Shown piece after piece: positions 29,987 to 38,808 of a stretch of DNA of 64,000 nt (position 1 is its first letter; the number at the start of each line of letters is the position of its first letter). The notes under the pieces were generated by a model that did no database searches, had not been told where the DNA came from, and saw nothing but the letters and a program-made list of their open reading frames with translations. The translations under genes were made by a program, and so were the position numbers. The DNA is from a virus (lineage: Duplodnaviria; Caudoviricetes), in IMG/VR virus record IMGVR_UViG_3300020049_016424, positions 118,834 through 182,833 of that record. The stretch is one strand, 5' to 3'.

Positions 29987-30975
29987 TGCCGGACGGCGGG
30001 CGCACCGACGGAGAGAAGACGGCGTTCATCGCTGGCGGGCTCGCAGCCCTCCGGCGGTTCTCGCCGCAAGCTCTCGGTATGGTGCGCCAGGGCGTGACCA
30101 CGGGCGCGCGCATGGGGCGCCGCGCGCTGTCAGGCGTCGGAGGCGTGCCCCAGCTGAAGTCGGAGATGCTGAACCAGGCCCGCATGGGCGGCGGCATCGG
30201 CGCGCTCGCGGGTGGCGCTCTCGGGGCGCTCAGCGCCGAAGAGGGGCATCGCGGCGAAGGTGCGCTCAAGGGAGCCCTCGGAGGCGCGGCGAGCGGCGCG
30301 CTCGGCGGCGCTCTGAGCGGTGCCGTATTCACCGGAGCTCGAGGACTGCGGCACCACGCTCTCACGGCGCTGGCGCCCGGGGCGGACATGGGTGCACGCC
30401 GCGCAGCAGCGACCGAGGCGCTGAACCGAGGCTGGCTTCGCGGCATGCCCGACATGGCCTTCGGAGGGCCTGCGGGTCGCGGAGGGGCTGCATTCGAAAC
30501 GCTTGCAGCTCCCGCTACTGTGGCCGCGGACATGTACCTCGGCCACAAGCTCATGGGCGCGCTCCCCGAGACCCTCGGCGGCGCTCCTGCAGAACCCCCA
30601 GGCCCCGCGAAGGTCGCGGCCGAAGAGACGGACGGCCCGCTGTCCTTCTCGGCGCGGCTGCACCCTGCGGCGCTTGCGGCGCCTCTCGGAGCGCTTGCGG
30701 GGCGGGTGGGCGCCGAGGAGCTCCTCGAACGCCACGCCGACCCGCGCATCGCCATGGGCGGTGACTGGGCGCGCCGGATGCCCGCCAAGGGCCACCTGCG
30801 CAAGCGGATCTTGCCGGGCCTCGCCAGCATCGTCGCAGGCGGCCTGACCTACGGCGGGCTCAACGCCCTGTCGCCAGAGCCCGAGTCGCCGGAGCAGAAG
30901 GCGCTCAAGGAAATCGACCTCGACACGCTCAAAGCCGTCCTGCCGAAGCAGGGCGCTCCGGGAGGTCCTGTATGA
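29986..30975 (+). CDS. Glycine-zipper protein
   Basis: GEKTAFIAGG, GGGIGALAGGALG and GALGGAASGALGGALSG; KVA site. Confidence 0.65.
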   Translation: MPDGGRTDGEKTAFIAGGLAALRRFSPQALGMVRQGVTTGARMGRRALSGVGGVPQLKSEMLNQARMGGGIGALAGGALGALSAEEGHRGEGALKGALGGAASGALGGALSGAVFTGARGLRHHALTALAPGADMGARRAAATEALNRGWLRGMPDMAFGGPAGRGGAAFETLAAPATVAADMYLGHKLMGALPETLGGAPAEPPGPAKVAAEETDGPLSFSARLHPAALAAPLGALAGRVGAEELLERHADPRIAMGGDWARRMPAKGHLRKRILPGLASIVAGGLTYGGLNALSPEPESPEQKALKEIDLDTLKAVLPKQGAPGGPV

Positions 30976-31304
30976 CGGCTCTAGGAACGTGGGAGCTCCT
31001 TGATCACGACGTAGTGACTAGCGGCGGCACCATACTGCTCTTTGAGCAGTTGTTGGGACCAGAAGCAGCCGTAGTCGTCTCTACCTTGGTCCTCGCCGGG
31101 TGTCCAGACCTGGATACCTTGCCCGGGCGCATGGCTGCCGGCGGAACTTTGCGGGTGCACTTTCCTGCGACAGATAGCCACGTAGAGATTCCGCCGGGCA
31201 CGAAATGTCTTTTCCACGAAAAGGAGGCTGCGGCAGACTCGCGGCTCCGGCTCGTCTGGTTGCGCCCCCGTGCGCGATCTTTTCCCCCTCCATCCCGAGT
31301 CTGA
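30972..31304 (+). CDS. Hypothetical protein
   Basis: ATGA-coupled 110-aa ORF with lower GC. Confidence 0.45.
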   Translation: MTALGTWELLDHDVVTSGGTILLFEQLLGPEAAVVVSTLVLAGCPDLDTLPGRMAAGGTLRVHFPATDSHVEIPPGTKCLFHEKEAAADSRLRLVWLRPRARSFPPPSRV

Positions 31305-31328
31305 TACACTTTTCCCGGAGATCTCACC

Positions 31329-32081
31329 ATGCCGATCGGAATCACGAAGGGCCTCACCACCTGGCGTTTTCAGGACGCCTACGTCGAACGTATCGGCGAC
31401 AACTCGGCGTACACGGCCGCGCATCCGGACGACACCCTGGTGCTCGCCGGTCCTCCGCGCGCCGACATCGCACGCGCCGACGACGTGGCTGCGACGAGCG
31501 TGAGCTCGCTGCTGGCCATCGGCATGTTGCAGGCGTTCCAGATCTCGCAGCAGAAGCCGACGACTCCGGTCATGGCGATCGGCTCGGGCCGCAGCTTCTT
31601 CGTCTCCGGCAAGGCGCAGGGCTCGGGCTCGCTCCAGCGTCTGTTCATGAACGGCCGCAACCTGCTCCGCGTCCTCTACCACAACGCGAAGACGGTCAAC
31701 GTCCGCTGGGACAACTTCGACGACATCGCGGCGAAGAGCGTCAACTCGGGCTTCCTCACGAACCTCGATTCCGAGCTCTACCTCGTGCCGTTCGGTCTCG
31801 CGTCGCTGTTCCGCAGCAAGATGCACGACTCGCTCGGCGGCTTCTACGCCGAGCTCACGATGATCAACAGCTACCAGATCGGCTACAACGCCGGTGCGAC
31901 GATGATCGCGGAGTCGGTCAGCTTCATGTTCGACCGCCTCATGCCGTTCACCGCCGACGACGTCGCGCAGGGCAACGTCCCGCGCGCCACGGTCGACGCG
32001 GCACTCGGCCTCATCGACCCGACCAACGACAACGTCGCCACCGAGAACATGGCGAACGGCGCGGTCACCAGCACCGTCTGA
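31329..32081 (+). CDS. Tail tube protein
   Basis: IGMLQAFQISQQK...AIGSGRSFFVSGK...SLQRLFMNG; follows the sheath; strong codon bias. Confidence 0.7.
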   Translation: MPIGITKGLTTWRFQDAYVERIGDNSAYTAAHPDDTLVLAGPPRADIARADDVAATSVSSLLAIGMLQAFQISQQKPTTPVMAIGSGRSFFVSGKAQGSGSLQRLFMNGRNLLRVLYHNAKTVNVRWDNFDDIAAKSVNSGFLTNLDSELYLVPFGLASLFRSKMHDSLGGFYAELTMINSYQIGYNAGATMIAESVSFMFDRLMPFTADDVAQGNVPRATVDAALGLIDPTNDNVATENMANGAVTSTV

Positions 32082-32099
32082 CCGGGGCTCGAACCTAAA

Positions 32100-32129
32100 G
32101 AAAAGGGGCTCCTCACGGGGCCTCTTTTC
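32100..32129. terminator. Bidirectional terminator
   Basis: gaaaaggggctcc-tcac-ggggcctcttttc between convergent genes. Confidence 0.8.
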
Positions 32130-32139
32130 GTTTAGCCCT

Positions 32140-32316
32140 TCACCGGCGCTTCTGTCCCCGCGCCGGCTCGGCCATCGGCAACGTGGGGCCGTATGCCGGC
32201 GCGACGTACGCGTGGCAGCGCTGGCACTGGGGGATCGCGGGCAAGACGCCCATCCAGATCTTGGGTGTGGTGACGGCGCCGCCGCAGCGGCCGCAGGTTC
32301 CGTGAACGTATTGCAT
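32140..32316 (-). CDS. Small Zn-ribbon protein
   Basis: GTCGRCGG...PQCQRCH; GAAAGAAA RBS. Confidence 0.6.
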   Translation of the reverse strand: MQYVHGTCGRCGGAVTTPKIWMGVLPAIPQCQRCHAYVAPAYGPTLPMAEPARGQKRR

Positions 32317-32327
32317 GGTGGTTTCTT

Positions 32328-32597
32328 TCAGGGGGTGGAAGGAGAAAGAGGGCGACGGCAAGCCGCGAGGTCCTCACGCAACAGGCGATTCTCCATGAGG
32401 AGCACCTGCTGGCGGCGAATGAGCTCCCGGGTGACACGCTGCTCGAGCACGTCGGCGCGCTCGTGAAGACGGCGTGCCTTGTGCCCCGCGTGGATCGAAA
32501 GCGCGATGCTGACGGCGAGGCCGAGGTAAATGGCTCCGACAATCCAGTTCGCCCGACGGCGACGCGCGGGGTCGGTGTCTGCATGTTCTTCTGTCAT
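32328..32597 (-). CDS. Small single-TM coiled-coil protein
   Basis: WIVGAIYLGLAVSIAL TM segment; GGAGG RBS. Confidence 0.6.
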   Translation of the reverse strand: MTEEHADTDPARRRRANWIVGAIYLGLAVSIALSIHAGHKARRLHERADVLEQRVTRELIRRQQVLLMENRLLREDLAACRRPLSPSTP

Positions 32598-32649
32598 AGT
32601 TCCTCCAGAGAAGACCCCTTCTTTTACCCGCATCGGCTAGACTTTTCGC

Positions 32650-34122
32650 ATGCCTGACCATACCCCGACGACAGCGACCACGACCCAAGGCCGGACGAAG
32701 TTCGGCGGCATGGGCCAGGTCTACGGCCCTCCCGAGTTCGGAACCATCAGCGCCGTGGCGCCGAATACGTATACGTACTCGGTGCGCACGATGTCTGGCC
32801 GTGCACTGCCGGGCGTGCCCCGCAAACGCATGTCGCCGTCCGACCTCGCGCTGCTCCCGGTCGGAACCACGGTCATCGTGCGGTACGACATCGGCATGCC
32901 GTACATCGACGGCGTGCTCGATCAGCCGGCGACGCTCTCGACGACGCCAGGCATCCCCGCCACGGAGTCTGCGCCGCCTTTGAACCCTGCGGACACCTAC
33001 GATCTCGGCAACCACCGCGCGCCACACGAACCGAACGACCTGCTCGGAGGCGACCACCTGCTCGGAAACATGTCAGGTGTGCGGGTCGGCGCCCTAGCGG
33101 GCGGCGTAGCGCTGCTCCGAGCTTCTGGTGGCGCTCAGATCCGAGCACACGCCCTGAACGACCTCATCGAGATGGTGAGCCGGAACTACCGCCACATCAC
33201 CGACATGGGCTTCTTCGAGGTCAAGAACGACGGCGGCCGCGTCAGCATGAAGTTCCGGGGCGCGTCCGACCAGACGAACGAGGCGGGCGCCGACGAAGAG
33301 CACTGGACCATTCGCATGGACCTCGGCGCCGCAGGAGATCTCTTCAACTTCGAGCTCACGACGCCCCAGGGTGCAACGCTCTTCAAGCTCCACGTCGACA
33401 GCAACGGCCGCTGCGAGCTCTTCGGCCTGGACGGTGTGATCATCCAGTCCGGCGCGCAGAACGGCGAAGAAGCCGTCAGCGAAGCAGGCGGAGACACGCG
33501 GGATACCGTCCAGGGCAACCGCACCGAAACGACGAAGGGGAGCTCCACCGAGGAAGTCTCGGGGGACCTCACGAGCTCCGTTGACGGCGTGCGTAGCGTC
33601 ACGACCAGCAGCGACGTCGTCACCGTCACCGGGCGCGATCTCGGAGTCACCGTCGCCCGAAATGTCAGCGCTGTCGTCGGAGGCGACCCCACGTCCCCCA
33701 CCACGCCGGCCGTTCGCGCAGAGGTGCGCGGCGGCGACGTCGAGCTCTCGCTCGGACAACCCACGACACCGAACCCTGGCATCAAGATCAACACGCAGAA
33801 GGGCGGCCTGAAGTTCGACTCACGCCTGGGAGGCAACGTCGAGCTCACCTCTTCGCTCGGGACCATGAAGGGAACCTTCCGCAAGGTCATCATCAACACG
33901 GCTGCGCCCGACAGCGTGATCATCGGCGGCAGCACTCTCGCCAGCCATCTCGCGAAGTTCGAAGAGCTCGAGCAGATGCTAGGCGTTCTCCTCCGTCTGC
34001 TCGACTCGCACGTGCACCCGCACCCCACGGCGCCCACGGGCCCGGTCGTCGTTCCCTTCTCGTCCACGATCAAGCCGCTCATCGCGCGCATCAAGAGTCT
34101 GCGCGCCGGCGTCGGCGGATAG
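32650..34122 (+). CDS. Baseplate central spike (gpV/gp5-like)
   Basis: N-terminal OB-fold (GTTVIVRY..G.PYI.G), a beta-helix repeat region, and a C-terminal DSHVHPHPTAPTGP (HxH metal site). Confidence 0.75.
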   Translation: MPDHTPTTATTTQGRTKFGGMGQVYGPPEFGTISAVAPNTYTYSVRTMSGRALPGVPRKRMSPSDLALLPVGTTVIVRYDIGMPYIDGVLDQPATLSTTPGIPATESAPPLNPADTYDLGNHRAPHEPNDLLGGDHLLGNMSGVRVGALAGGVALLRASGGAQIRAHALNDLIEMVSRNYRHITDMGFFEVKNDGGRVSMKFRGASDQTNEAGADEEHWTIRMDLGAAGDLFNFELTTPQGATLFKLHVDSNGRCELFGLDGVIIQSGAQNGEEAVSEAGGDTRDTVQGNRTETTKGSSTEEVSGDLTSSVDGVRSVTTSSDVVTVTGRDLGVTVARNVSAVVGGDPTSPTTPAVRAEVRGGDVELSLGQPTTPNPGIKINTQKGGLKFDSRLGGNVELTSSLGTMKGTFRKVIINTAAPDSVIIGGSTLASHLAKFEELEQMLGVLLRLLDSHVHPHPTAPTGPVVVPFSSTIKPLIARIKSLRAGVGG

Positions 34123-34135
34123 CGCTCTCACACCT

Positions 34136-34160
34136 AGAAAAAAGGCATGGCCTTCTTTCT
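34136..34160. terminator. Bidirectional terminator
   Basis: agaaaaaaggc-atg-gccttctttct between convergent genes. Confidence 0.6.
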
Positions 34161-34178
34161 GAGGACGCGAAACATGCG

Positions 34179-34505
34179 TCAGAGCGAGACGCCCTGGAGC
34201 TGTTCCGCGAGCGTCTTCGGAGGCGCCACACGCCGACGCTCGATCTTCGGCGGCTTCTTCGACGGCGGCTTCTTCGACGGCGGCGTCTTCGGGAGCGGCG
34301 CCGAAGCGCCCTCCGTGTCGGTGGCCGGAGAGGCGTCCGTCTCCGGAGCCGCGACGTCGACACGCCGGTTCTTCTTGCGACGTACCGGCGCGATCTCGGC
34401 CGAGGTCTTCGCAGCGCGTCGTGCACGGAAGACCGTGACCCCGTATTCGACGCTGCGGAGAACTGCGTAGCCGCCGAGTGCGGCACCTGCGATGATGGGA
34501 AACAT
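34179..34505 (-). CDS. Small basic protein with a hydrophobic N-terminus
   Basis: MFPIIAGAALGGYAV; PPSKK x2 repeat. Confidence 0.55.
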   Translation of the reverse strand: MFPIIAGAALGGYAVLRSVEYGVTVFRARRAAKTSAEIAPVRRKKNRRVDVAAPETDASPATDTEGASAPLPKTPPSKKPPSKKPPKIERRRVAPPKTLAEQLQGVSL

Positions 34506-34736
34506 GGAGACCTGCTTTCGATGGTGGGGAAACTAATACCCTGGATACATCCTTTTACCGTAAACCCCCTTGTTTTTAGGACGAACCATGTGGCAAACGC
34601 CTCCCATCCTGAAGCTACTCCTGCACCTACAGCACCACGCAGCAAAGCTGCAACAAACCCGGGTTGAAGCAGAGCTCGAGGCTTTGGCCTCTCTGCTAGA
34701 CTCCACGGAACCTCTCTCGAGCGAGCCTACTCCTCC

Positions 34737-36341
34737 ATGTGGCACAGCTTCGAACCCGCTGCCTTCTTTCCCGCGCCCTTCCAGCGCGCCACCCAGGCCT
34801 TCCGTGCTGCTACGGAGCTCACGACCAAGGCGCTGACCGTCACCGAACGCGCACTGCGCACGGTTCAGCGTCTGTCGCAAACACGGCCACCCTCTGTCGC
34901 CGAGGGGCTGCTGCGCCGTGCGCTCGATGAAGTCGACCAACTCGTAGGCGGCCTGACATCGAACACGCAGATGCACATGATCATCGTGCCTGTGCGGAAG
35001 CGCCGTGCAGGAAGCGGAGACCTGCCCGAGCTCGAGGTGAACCCAGGCACGCCGGCGTACACCTACGTGCAGGGAGCGCAGGCCGCGACGGGGGGCACGC
35101 AGGTCTTCTTCCGCACGCTGCTCGAGTCGGTGCAGGACCCCGGTGACCTCTCGAAGCCGGACTTCCCGTCCACCTACGCCACCGCCGGCGTATGCCTCAT
35201 CGCGGGCGCCGAGACACTCTCCGATCTGCAGGTGCCGTTCCGACTCATCCAAGGGCTCTTCGCCAGCAACCTCCGGATGCCGGTCTCCGGCGCGATCCTC
35301 CCTGTCGTCGAGGGTTTGCGCGTGCGCACGGTAGCGACACGCTCAGGTACCCGGGCCATGATCACGTGGACCCCCGTTCCGCCCGTCACGAATACGCCGT
35401 TCTTCGCAGGGGACACCCTGCTCGCCAAAGAGGTCTTCATCATCCGCATCAACGCGAGCCTCACTACGGGCTGGCGTTCATGGTCAGATCTCTTCACGCA
35501 CGAGCCTTCGAGCTCCGCGACCGATCTGCCGCGCAAAGCTGGCGCCGAAGTCGTCGCCCGCATCCGCAACCACGGCTTCGTCACGAGCTACACGGACATG
35601 GCGCACACGCTCGATCCGAAGGACACGTACTACTACACCGCGTGCGTGCGCTACACCATCAACGGCGAAGTCCAGCCGATGGGTGCACTGTCGAACACGG
35701 CGCGGGTCACGCGCGTGAACCCCAGCCCGTCGACGCGCGAGGCCACGCCTCCGGACTGGTATGCGACGCCGACGTTTGCGAAGCTCTTCCCGCCGCTCGA
35801 GCAAGCGCTGAACGCGGTGCGCTTGGCCGTGTCGCGGGCCGGGGCGCGCACCACCATCAACACCGGCACCTCGCAGATGGTCGATGCCACGTTGCGCCAG
35901 CTGCAGCGCACGATCGCACAGTACGAAGCCACCGCCGCCGAGGTCACCGAGATCGCAGACAACCTGCAGGCGCTCACGGACGCGCCGCCGACGGGCATCC
36001 ACGCGACCGTGATCAGTAAGAGCTCCGGCGGGGTGAACGGCTGGATGAGCGAACTGTCGAAGCGCCTCTCGGACACCACGGACCCGTCGCTGCCTTCGTA
36101 CTCCCCGTCGTCGATGACTCTCGGCGTCGTCATCCTGGCGGGAGCTCCGACGATCTCCGGCCTCCGCGACGTGATTCGGCTCCTGCAGCTGTTTTTCGGC
36201 CGCAGCCAGGGCAACCCGCTCAAGACCATCGTCGACTCGTTCGAAGACGGCCCGTCTCCGGGTACGCCGACGACTACTGCGACCGCGCCCGTTCTAGGGT
36301 ACGATGCGGCTATGCGTCCCACCCGGACGCCGCAGTGCTGA
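34737..36341 (+). CDS. Baseplate-region virion protein (FN3-like segment)
   Basis: 534 aa; SYTD...TYYYT motif; located after the spike gene. Confidence 0.6.
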   Translation: MWHSFEPAAFFPAPFQRATQAFRAATELTTKALTVTERALRTVQRLSQTRPPSVAEGLLRRALDEVDQLVGGLTSNTQMHMIIVPVRKRRAGSGDLPELEVNPGTPAYTYVQGAQAATGGTQVFFRTLLESVQDPGDLSKPDFPSTYATAGVCLIAGAETLSDLQVPFRLIQGLFASNLRMPVSGAILPVVEGLRVRTVATRSGTRAMITWTPVPPVTNTPFFAGDTLLAKEVFIIRINASLTTGWRSWSDLFTHEPSSSATDLPRKAGAEVVARIRNHGFVTSYTDMAHTLDPKDTYYYTACVRYTINGEVQPMGALSNTARVTRVNPSPSTREATPPDWYATPTFAKLFPPLEQALNAVRLAVSRAGARTTINTGTSQMVDATLRQLQRTIAQYEATAAEVTEIADNLQALTDAPPTGIHATVISKSSGGVNGWMSELSKRLSDTTDPSLPSYSPSSMTLGVVILAGAPTISGLRDVIRLLQLFFGRSQGNPLKTIVDSFEDGPSPGTPTTTATAPVLGYDAAMRPTRTPQC

Positions 36342-36349
36342 GGAGCAAC

Positions 36350-36682
36350 ATGACACAAGAACGGGCATGGGGGCGCGTAGACGCGTTGAGGCGGTTCGGG
36401 CTTGGGAAGCCCGAGGCTGACTCGCTCTTCACGTCGTTCCCCATGCCTGGAGCGCGTCAGGTGGGACAGCGGGCCGCCGAAGCGGCGGGCGCTGCAGGCG
36501 CTGCGGGCGCTGCGGGCCCGGGATTCGGCGCCCGTGCGGTCAACGCAGCCACGCGGCGGCTCACCCCCGGCAAGGGCGCGCTGCTCGGGCTCCTGGCGGG
36601 TGGCGCGCTCCTCGGTGCCCGGAAGTCGGAGCCGACGTACACCCTCAACCCCTCCTCGGGATACGCCCCGATCTACCCGTGA
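36350..36682 (+). CDS. Small glycine-zipper protein
   Basis: GAGGAG RBS; WGRVDALRRFGLGK and GALLGLLAGGALLG. Confidence 0.65.
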   Translation: MTQERAWGRVDALRRFGLGKPEADSLFTSFPMPGARQVGQRAAEAAGAAGAAGAAGPGFGARAVNAATRRLTPGKGALLGLLAGGALLGARKSEPTYTLNPSSGYAPIYP

Positions 36683-36719
36683 CCCTCCGCCACCCCCTCT
36701 CACCCCTCGCAGGTTGCTG

Positions 36720-37103
36720 ATGCCCACGCTCACCGTCAAAACCACCATCACCTACGGGGACCCGGTCGCCACGGGCGTGACTCCGTGGTCGCAGCCGTTC
36801 TCGTTCTCGCTGACCTACACCGAAGAGTCGGTGAAGACGGTGCAGATCGCAGCGAGCACCGTGGACTTCCCGATCCCGCTCGACACGGTCTCGCTGCCGA
36901 AGTTCCTCTTCGTGCGCGCGATCGAAACGGGCGTCACCGTGAAGCTCGTCAGCGGCGCCGAGCAGTCGGCCACCGCCATGGCCCCACTCGATGGCTGGGT
37001 CATGGTCGCCGCGAGCGCGGGCCAGGCCATCAACTCGCTCCTCGTCTCCACTCCCGCGTTCCCGACCACGGGAGCTCGAGTTCAGGTACTCGCCTTCGAG
37101 TGA
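36720..37103 (+). CDS. Small beta-rich virion protein
   Basis: MPTLTVKTTITYG...; GC3-rich codons. Confidence 0.6.
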   Translation: MPTLTVKTTITYGDPVATGVTPWSQPFSFSLTYTEESVKTVQIAASTVDFPIPLDTVSLPKFLFVRAIETGVTVKLVSGAEQSATAMAPLDGWVMVAASAGQAINSLLVSTPAFPTTGARVQVLAFE

Positions 37104-37111
37104 GGTAGTTC

Positions 37112-37510
37112 GTGGAAGAGATCCTCCGCACGATGCTCAGTGGAGGCCCCTTCGGCCTACTCGCGGGGGTGTTCTGGTACATGTACCGTTCTGAGAAGGA
37201 CGAGTTCAAGGCGTACCGGGAAAAGACCGAGTCGACGCTGCAGCAGCTCTACACGTCGACGCACGCGGAGCACGCGCGTCTGCGCGCGGACTATGACCGC
37301 GACGAAGACCGGATGCGGGAGCTCCATGCGGCCGAACTCCGAGAGCATCGGGAGCAGATGAGCGACCTGCGAAACGCGCACGCTGCGCGTGAGCAACAGT
37401 CGATGGCTACCGTAGAGTACTTCGCCAAGGCCGCTGTCGAAGCGGTCGAAGAGCTCGGCAAGATCGCGGAAGCACTCCGGAGGGCGTATGACAGTTCACG
37501 TCGTCGATGA
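37112..37510 (+). CDS. Holin-like protein (N-terminal TM plus coiled coil)
   Basis: GGPFGLLAGVFWYMY followed by a charged coiled coil, at the end of the late operon. Confidence 0.45.
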   Translation: MEEILRTMLSGGPFGLLAGVFWYMYRSEKDEFKAYREKTESTLQQLYTSTHAEHARLRADYDRDEDRMRELHAAELREHREQMSDLRNAHAAREQQSMATVEYFAKAAVEAVEELGKIAEALRRAYDSSRRR

Positions 37511-37856
37511 GAGCATTGCGGACGGCCAATACCAGGCCCTGCAGCTGCGCACGAACGCGAAGATCGCGCGCTACCAGGCGCGTCTCGAGCTCGCCAAACG
37601 CGGGCTGCGGGACACGCTGATCGCAGTGCGCGCCGAGAGCCCGCTCGAGGGCGCAGAGCCGTTGCCCGCGCTCTCGATGCCGCCGCCGCTGCCGATGCTC
37701 GACCGGACACGCACCTCGCGCAAGCCGGCGGTGCCTCCGGCTCTGACCGAGGCCACCGCAAAGTCGTCCGGCTGGGTGGCCAAGATCTCTTCCGAGACCG
37801 GACTTCCCGCCGTCATCCCCATCTCCGAGGAACGCCTCGGGCGCCGCAAGGGCTAG
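37488..37856 (+). CDS. Hypothetical protein
   Basis: GGAGG RBS; overlaps the upstream gene. Confidence 0.55.
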   Translation: MTVHVVDESIADGQYQALQLRTNAKIARYQARLELAKRGLRDTLIAVRAESPLEGAEPLPALSMPPPLPMLDRTRTSRKPAVPPALTEATAKSSGWVAKISSETGLPAVIPISEERLGRRKG

Positions 37857-38143
37857 GCTTTCTTCCCGCCTGAAAGCCCCGTGGTGCCTGCCATCGAGAT
37901 CTGACGGCCCGCCTTCTCAGCGGGACGACGCAGGGCAGCGCCATGTCCAGCGGTATTTCGCTTCGAGCCGGGATAGCTTGGAATGATGGTGCTGAGGGGC
38001 TTGGCCCGCGCGAGCTGCCGGACGAAAGGGCCGACCGCCTGGCACTGGGGGCACGCGTCAGGCACGCCTTCCGCACCGACGACGAGCTCTTCGAAGGTGG
38101 TCTTGCAGCCTTGGCATTCGAAATCGAAGTAGCGGTAGCTCAT
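37853..38143 (-). CDS. FmdB-family Zn-ribbon protein
   Basis: YFDFECQGCKTTFEELV...CPQC. Confidence 0.75.
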   Translation of the reverse strand: MSYRYFDFECQGCKTTFEELVVGAEGVPDACPQCQAVGPFVRQLARAKPLSTIIPSYPGSKRNTAGHGAALRRPAEKAGRQISMAGTTGLSGGKKA

Positions 38144-38145
38144 GA

Positions 38146-38508
38146 TTACCTGCTCCGGGTACGGTACTGCCGGGCGATGCCGGGGGGTTTGCTGAAGGGG
38201 TCGTCCGGCGGCTCGAAGCTACCGTCGTATTCGCTGCGCAGCGCCTGGTACTTGTCGCTCAGGTCTGCGAGTAGCTCGGCAGCGTCATTCGCGTCGTAGA
38301 GCGACAGGTGCCCGCTAATGCGGGTCTTGCCGTCTGCGAGGAGTTGCGCCGTGCCTACCCGCATCGAGTAGTAGGGCGCACCTCCGCGCGGGTTCGCGCG
38401 ACTCGAGACCTGCGCCATGACGCGGCGAAGCACCCGGGTTTCGATCACCGCCCAGCTCATCGGGGGGCGATCTTCGGGATCGGGGTCGAGAGGCCCGTCG
38501 TGTGTCAT
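38146..38508 (-). CDS. Hypothetical protein
   Basis: MTHDGPLDP...YYSMRVG; typical codon usage. Confidence 0.55.
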   Translation of the reverse strand: MTHDGPLDPDPEDRPPMSWAVIETRVLRRVMAQVSSRANPRGGAPYYSMRVGTAQLLADGKTRISGHLSLYDANDAAELLADLSDKYQALRSEYDGSFEPPDDPFSKPPGIARQYRTRSR

Positions 38509-38565
38509 CGGAGGGTCCAGGAAAGAGGAGTAGATGGGGTGAGGTGCGTGCAGTATAACAGAGAC

Positions 38566-38781
38566 ATGGATTGGCGCGGAGCAGGCAAACAAGCCGCCCT
38601 GAGCAAGCTCGGGTTCGCATCGACACACCCCCTGATGAAGGGTGTGAAGGTGTCCCCGGACGCGAAGGGCGAGACGTCTGCCGAAGAGCCCGCCCCGGCG
38701 CCTGTTGCCCGGGTGTGGCCACCTCCGCCCCACGCCACGAGCGGTACGTTGCTCAACCCCAAGGTTGCAGCTCAGACCTAA
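38566..38781 (+). CDS. Small late protein with the G-x3-AL-x2-LG motif
   Basis: TATAAC-N6-ATG; MDWRGAGKQAALSKLGFAS...PKVAAQT. Confidence 0.55.
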   Translation: MDWRGAGKQAALSKLGFASTHPLMKGVKVSPDAKGETSAEEPAPAPVARVWPPPPHATSGTLLNPKVAAQT

Positions 38782-38802
38782 AAAAGAGGGACGCCTCTTT
38801 TT
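38781..38802. terminator. Bidirectional terminator
   Basis: aaaaagagg-gacg-cctcttttt. Confidence 0.8.
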
Positions 38803-38808
38803 CGCAAG

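Noticed and set aside
5802-30830. Long antisense or alternate-frame ORFs (e.g. 5802-7670, 6031-8265, 18947-20452, 25019-26779, 27110-28744)
   Set aside because: These are shadow ORFs produced by high GC3 codon bias. They are Arg-rich, lack motifs and overlap well-supported genes.
34588-34836. Small ORF MWQTPP upstream of 34737
   Set aside because: It overlaps the next gene by 100 nt, has atypical codons and contains a probable promoter, so support is insufficient.
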